NCBI GenBank assembly: GCA_051252135.1
Contig: JBPOGH010000013.1
Coordinates: forward strand, 63,325 to 127,324
DNA length: 64,000 bases
From: Verrucomicrobiaceae bacterium
GTDB taxonomy: Bacteria > Verrucomicrobiota > Verrucomicrobiia > Verrucomicrobiales > Akkermansiaceae
Direction of reading: 5' to 3'
Of the stretch, positions 62,255 to 64,000 are shown in pieces. The position numbers were made by a program, and so were the translations under genes. Numbering within the stretch: position 1 is the first letter of the stretch; each line of letters opens with the position of its first letter. The notes beneath the pieces were generated by a model, which saw nothing but the letters and a program-made list of their open reading frames with translations, ran no database searches and had not been told where the DNA came from.

Positions 62255-63682
62255 ATGAACCGCCGTCATCTCATCCGCTCGTCCGTCTACGCCGGAACCT
62301 TCTCCCTCCTCGCTCCCAACGCCCGCGCCGCCGGAGCCAATGGCGAACTCCGCGTCGTCGTCATCGGCGTCAAAGGCCGGGGCTCCTCCCACATCAACTC
62401 CGTCATCTCGCACAAAAAAGCCCGCCTCGTCGGACTGTGCGATATCGACTCCGACCAAATCGCCGGCCGCGCCAAAGACCTCGAAAAACGCCACAAACTC
62501 ACCGGCCTCAAATCCTACACCGACTACCGCAAGGTCTGTGAAGACCCCGAGGTCGACGCCATCACCATCGCCACCTGCAACCACACCCACACCCTCATCG
62601 CCCTCACCGCCGCCGCCATGGGCAAGCACGTCTACGTCGAAAAACCCGTCTCCCACAACGTATGGGAAGGAGAAAAACTCTCCCTCGGTCAAGCCGACTA
62701 CGGAGTCACCATCGCCCACGGCTTCCAACGCCGCTCCGAACAAGGCTGGCACGACGTCTTCAACTGGGTCAAAGAAGGCCACCTCGGCAAGCTCACCCTC
62801 GCCCGCGGCTTCTGCTACAAACCACGCAAATCCATCGGAAAAGTCGACGCCCCCGTCGCCCCGCCCAAGAACGTCGATTACAACCTCTGGTCCGGCCCCC
62901 GTGAAATGCTCCCCATCCGTCGTAAGCAATTCCACTACGACTGGCACTGGCAGTCACCCTACGGAAATGGCGACCTCGGCAACCAGGGTCCACACCAACT
63001 CGACGTCTGCCGCTGGGCCCTCGGCGATCCCACCCGCTACCCCGCCGCCGTCCTCACCGCCGGCGGCCGACTGGGCTACGATGACGATGGCGACACCGCC
63101 AACACCCAAATCCTCTACATCGACGCCCAACCCGCCCCCATCCTCTTCGAAGTCCGCGGCCTTCCCAAATCCGGCCTCAACTGGAAAAACGGCATGCCCA
63201 CCTACCAAGGCGTCACCATCGGAAACGTCATCGAATACGAAGGCGGCAAAATCCTCGGCGGCCATGGCAACAAATGCTCCGTCGTCGATCACGACGGCAA
63301 GGAAATCAAATCCTTCCAAGGCGGCGGCGACGCCATCCACAAATTCATCGATGACGTCCATCGCGGCAAACAGGATCATATCCACGGCTCCGAAAACGGC
63401 CACCAATCCTGCGCCCTCGCCCACCTCGGCACCCACGCCCTCACCCTCGGAAAAACCGCCGACCCCGATCAAGTCAACGCCGCCTTCCAGGGTAAACCCG
63501 CCCTCATCGATGCCTACGACCGCATGCGCGAACACCTCGCCCTCAACGGCGTAAAAGACGGCCTCAAACTCGGCGTTCCCCTCACCACCAACGGCGAAAT
63601 AATGACCGGAGAATTCGCCGAAGCCGCCACCAAACTCGACCACGAAACCTACCGACCCGAGTTTAAACTCCCCAACGCCTAG
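62255..63682 (+). CDS. Tat-exported Gfo/Idh/MocA oxidoreductase
   Basis: MNRR..I signal; G.KGRG, VYVEKP, YG.GDLGN.G.H. Confidence 0.92.
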   Translation: MNRRHLIRSSVYAGTFSLLAPNARAAGANGELRVVVIGVKGRGSSHINSVISHKKARLVGLCDIDSDQIAGRAKDLEKRHKLTGLKSYTDYRKVCEDPEVDAITIATCNHTHTLIALTAAAMGKHVYVEKPVSHNVWEGEKLSLGQADYGVTIAHGFQRRSEQGWHDVFNWVKEGHLGKLTLARGFCYKPRKSIGKVDAPVAPPKNVDYNLWSGPREMLPIRRKQFHYDWHWQSPYGNGDLGNQGPHQLDVCRWALGDPTRYPAAVLTAGGRLGYDDDGDTANTQILYIDAQPAPILFEVRGLPKSGLNWKNGMPTYQGVTIGNVIEYEGGKILGGHGNKCSVVDHDGKEIKSFQGGGDAIHKFIDDVHRGKQDHIHGSENGHQSCALAHLGTHALTLGKTADPDQVNAAFQGKPALIDAYDRMREHLALNGVKDGLKLGVPLTTNGEIMTGEFAEAATKLDHETYRPEFKLPNA

Positions 63683-63689
63683 AATTCCC

Positions 63690-64000
63690 CACCTCTCACG
63701 TCCCAAAGGGACATCGCATCATAGCCCAGGGTAACACCCTGGGTTTTTCGCCTACCAAGGATCCCCGATCGAGCCCTCAAACACCGCCCCAGAAATCCAC
63801 CTCCCCGAAGATCGCTCCACCAACCACGCACCTCGCACGTCCCAGAGGGACATCGCATTATAGCCCAGGGTAAAACCCTGGGTTTTTCGCCTACCAAGGA
63901 TCCCCCATCGAACCCTCAAACACCCGCCCCAGAAATCCACCTCCCCGAAGATCGCTCCACCAACCACGCACCTCGCACGTCCCAGAGGGACATCGCATTA
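63690..64000. repeat. Tandem 139-140 bp REP-like repeats (truncated by window end)
   Basis: Units start at 63690, 63829 and 63969; hairpins GTCCC-A.A-GGGAC and CCCAGGGT-AA.-ACCCTGGG. Confidence 0.9.

Noticed and set aside
42552..63554. Many long Pro/Ser/Thr- or Arg/His-rich alternative-frame ORFs
   Set aside because: They are shadows of real genes caused by high GC and C skew, with no recognisable motifs.
63690..64000. CRISPR array
   Set aside because: The whole 140-bp unit repeats with no unique spacers, and no cas genes are visible.

Overview
A 64-kb chromosomal window, most likely from a Verrucomicrobiota bacterium (inferred from six PEP-CTERM proteins, an RpiB-GlyA fusion, and sulfatase/PL6/GH10 genes). 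Housekeeping content includes katG, nrdBA, tag, comM, rpiB-glyA, folE and an ECF sigma/anti-sigma pair. The main items the ORF track misses are: (1) two probable secreted selenoprotein genes split at an in-frame TGA, a thioredoxin-like UxxC protein (4342-4737) and a deiodinase-like protein (16470-17054), each followed by a candidate SECIS hairpin; (2) a 7.2-kb module of two PEP-CTERM metzincin proteases plus a two-component system, with a palindromic operator exactly 115 bp upstream of both proteases; (3) duplicated 3' ends of the two flanking genes, suggesting two alternative cassettes of one variable locus were joined in tandem; (4) sigma-54-type promoters in front of a glucosylglycerate operon, an ATP-grasp/alpha-E/four-transglutaminase cluster, an SLC12-like transporter and a lipoprotein, suggesting a nitrogen-limitation regulon; (5) a class Ic-type ribonucleotide reductase lacking the radical tyrosine; (6) MITE-like and REP-like repeats. 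No tRNA, rRNA, CRISPR array, integrase or transposase was seen. All family assignments come from motif recognition, not database searches.
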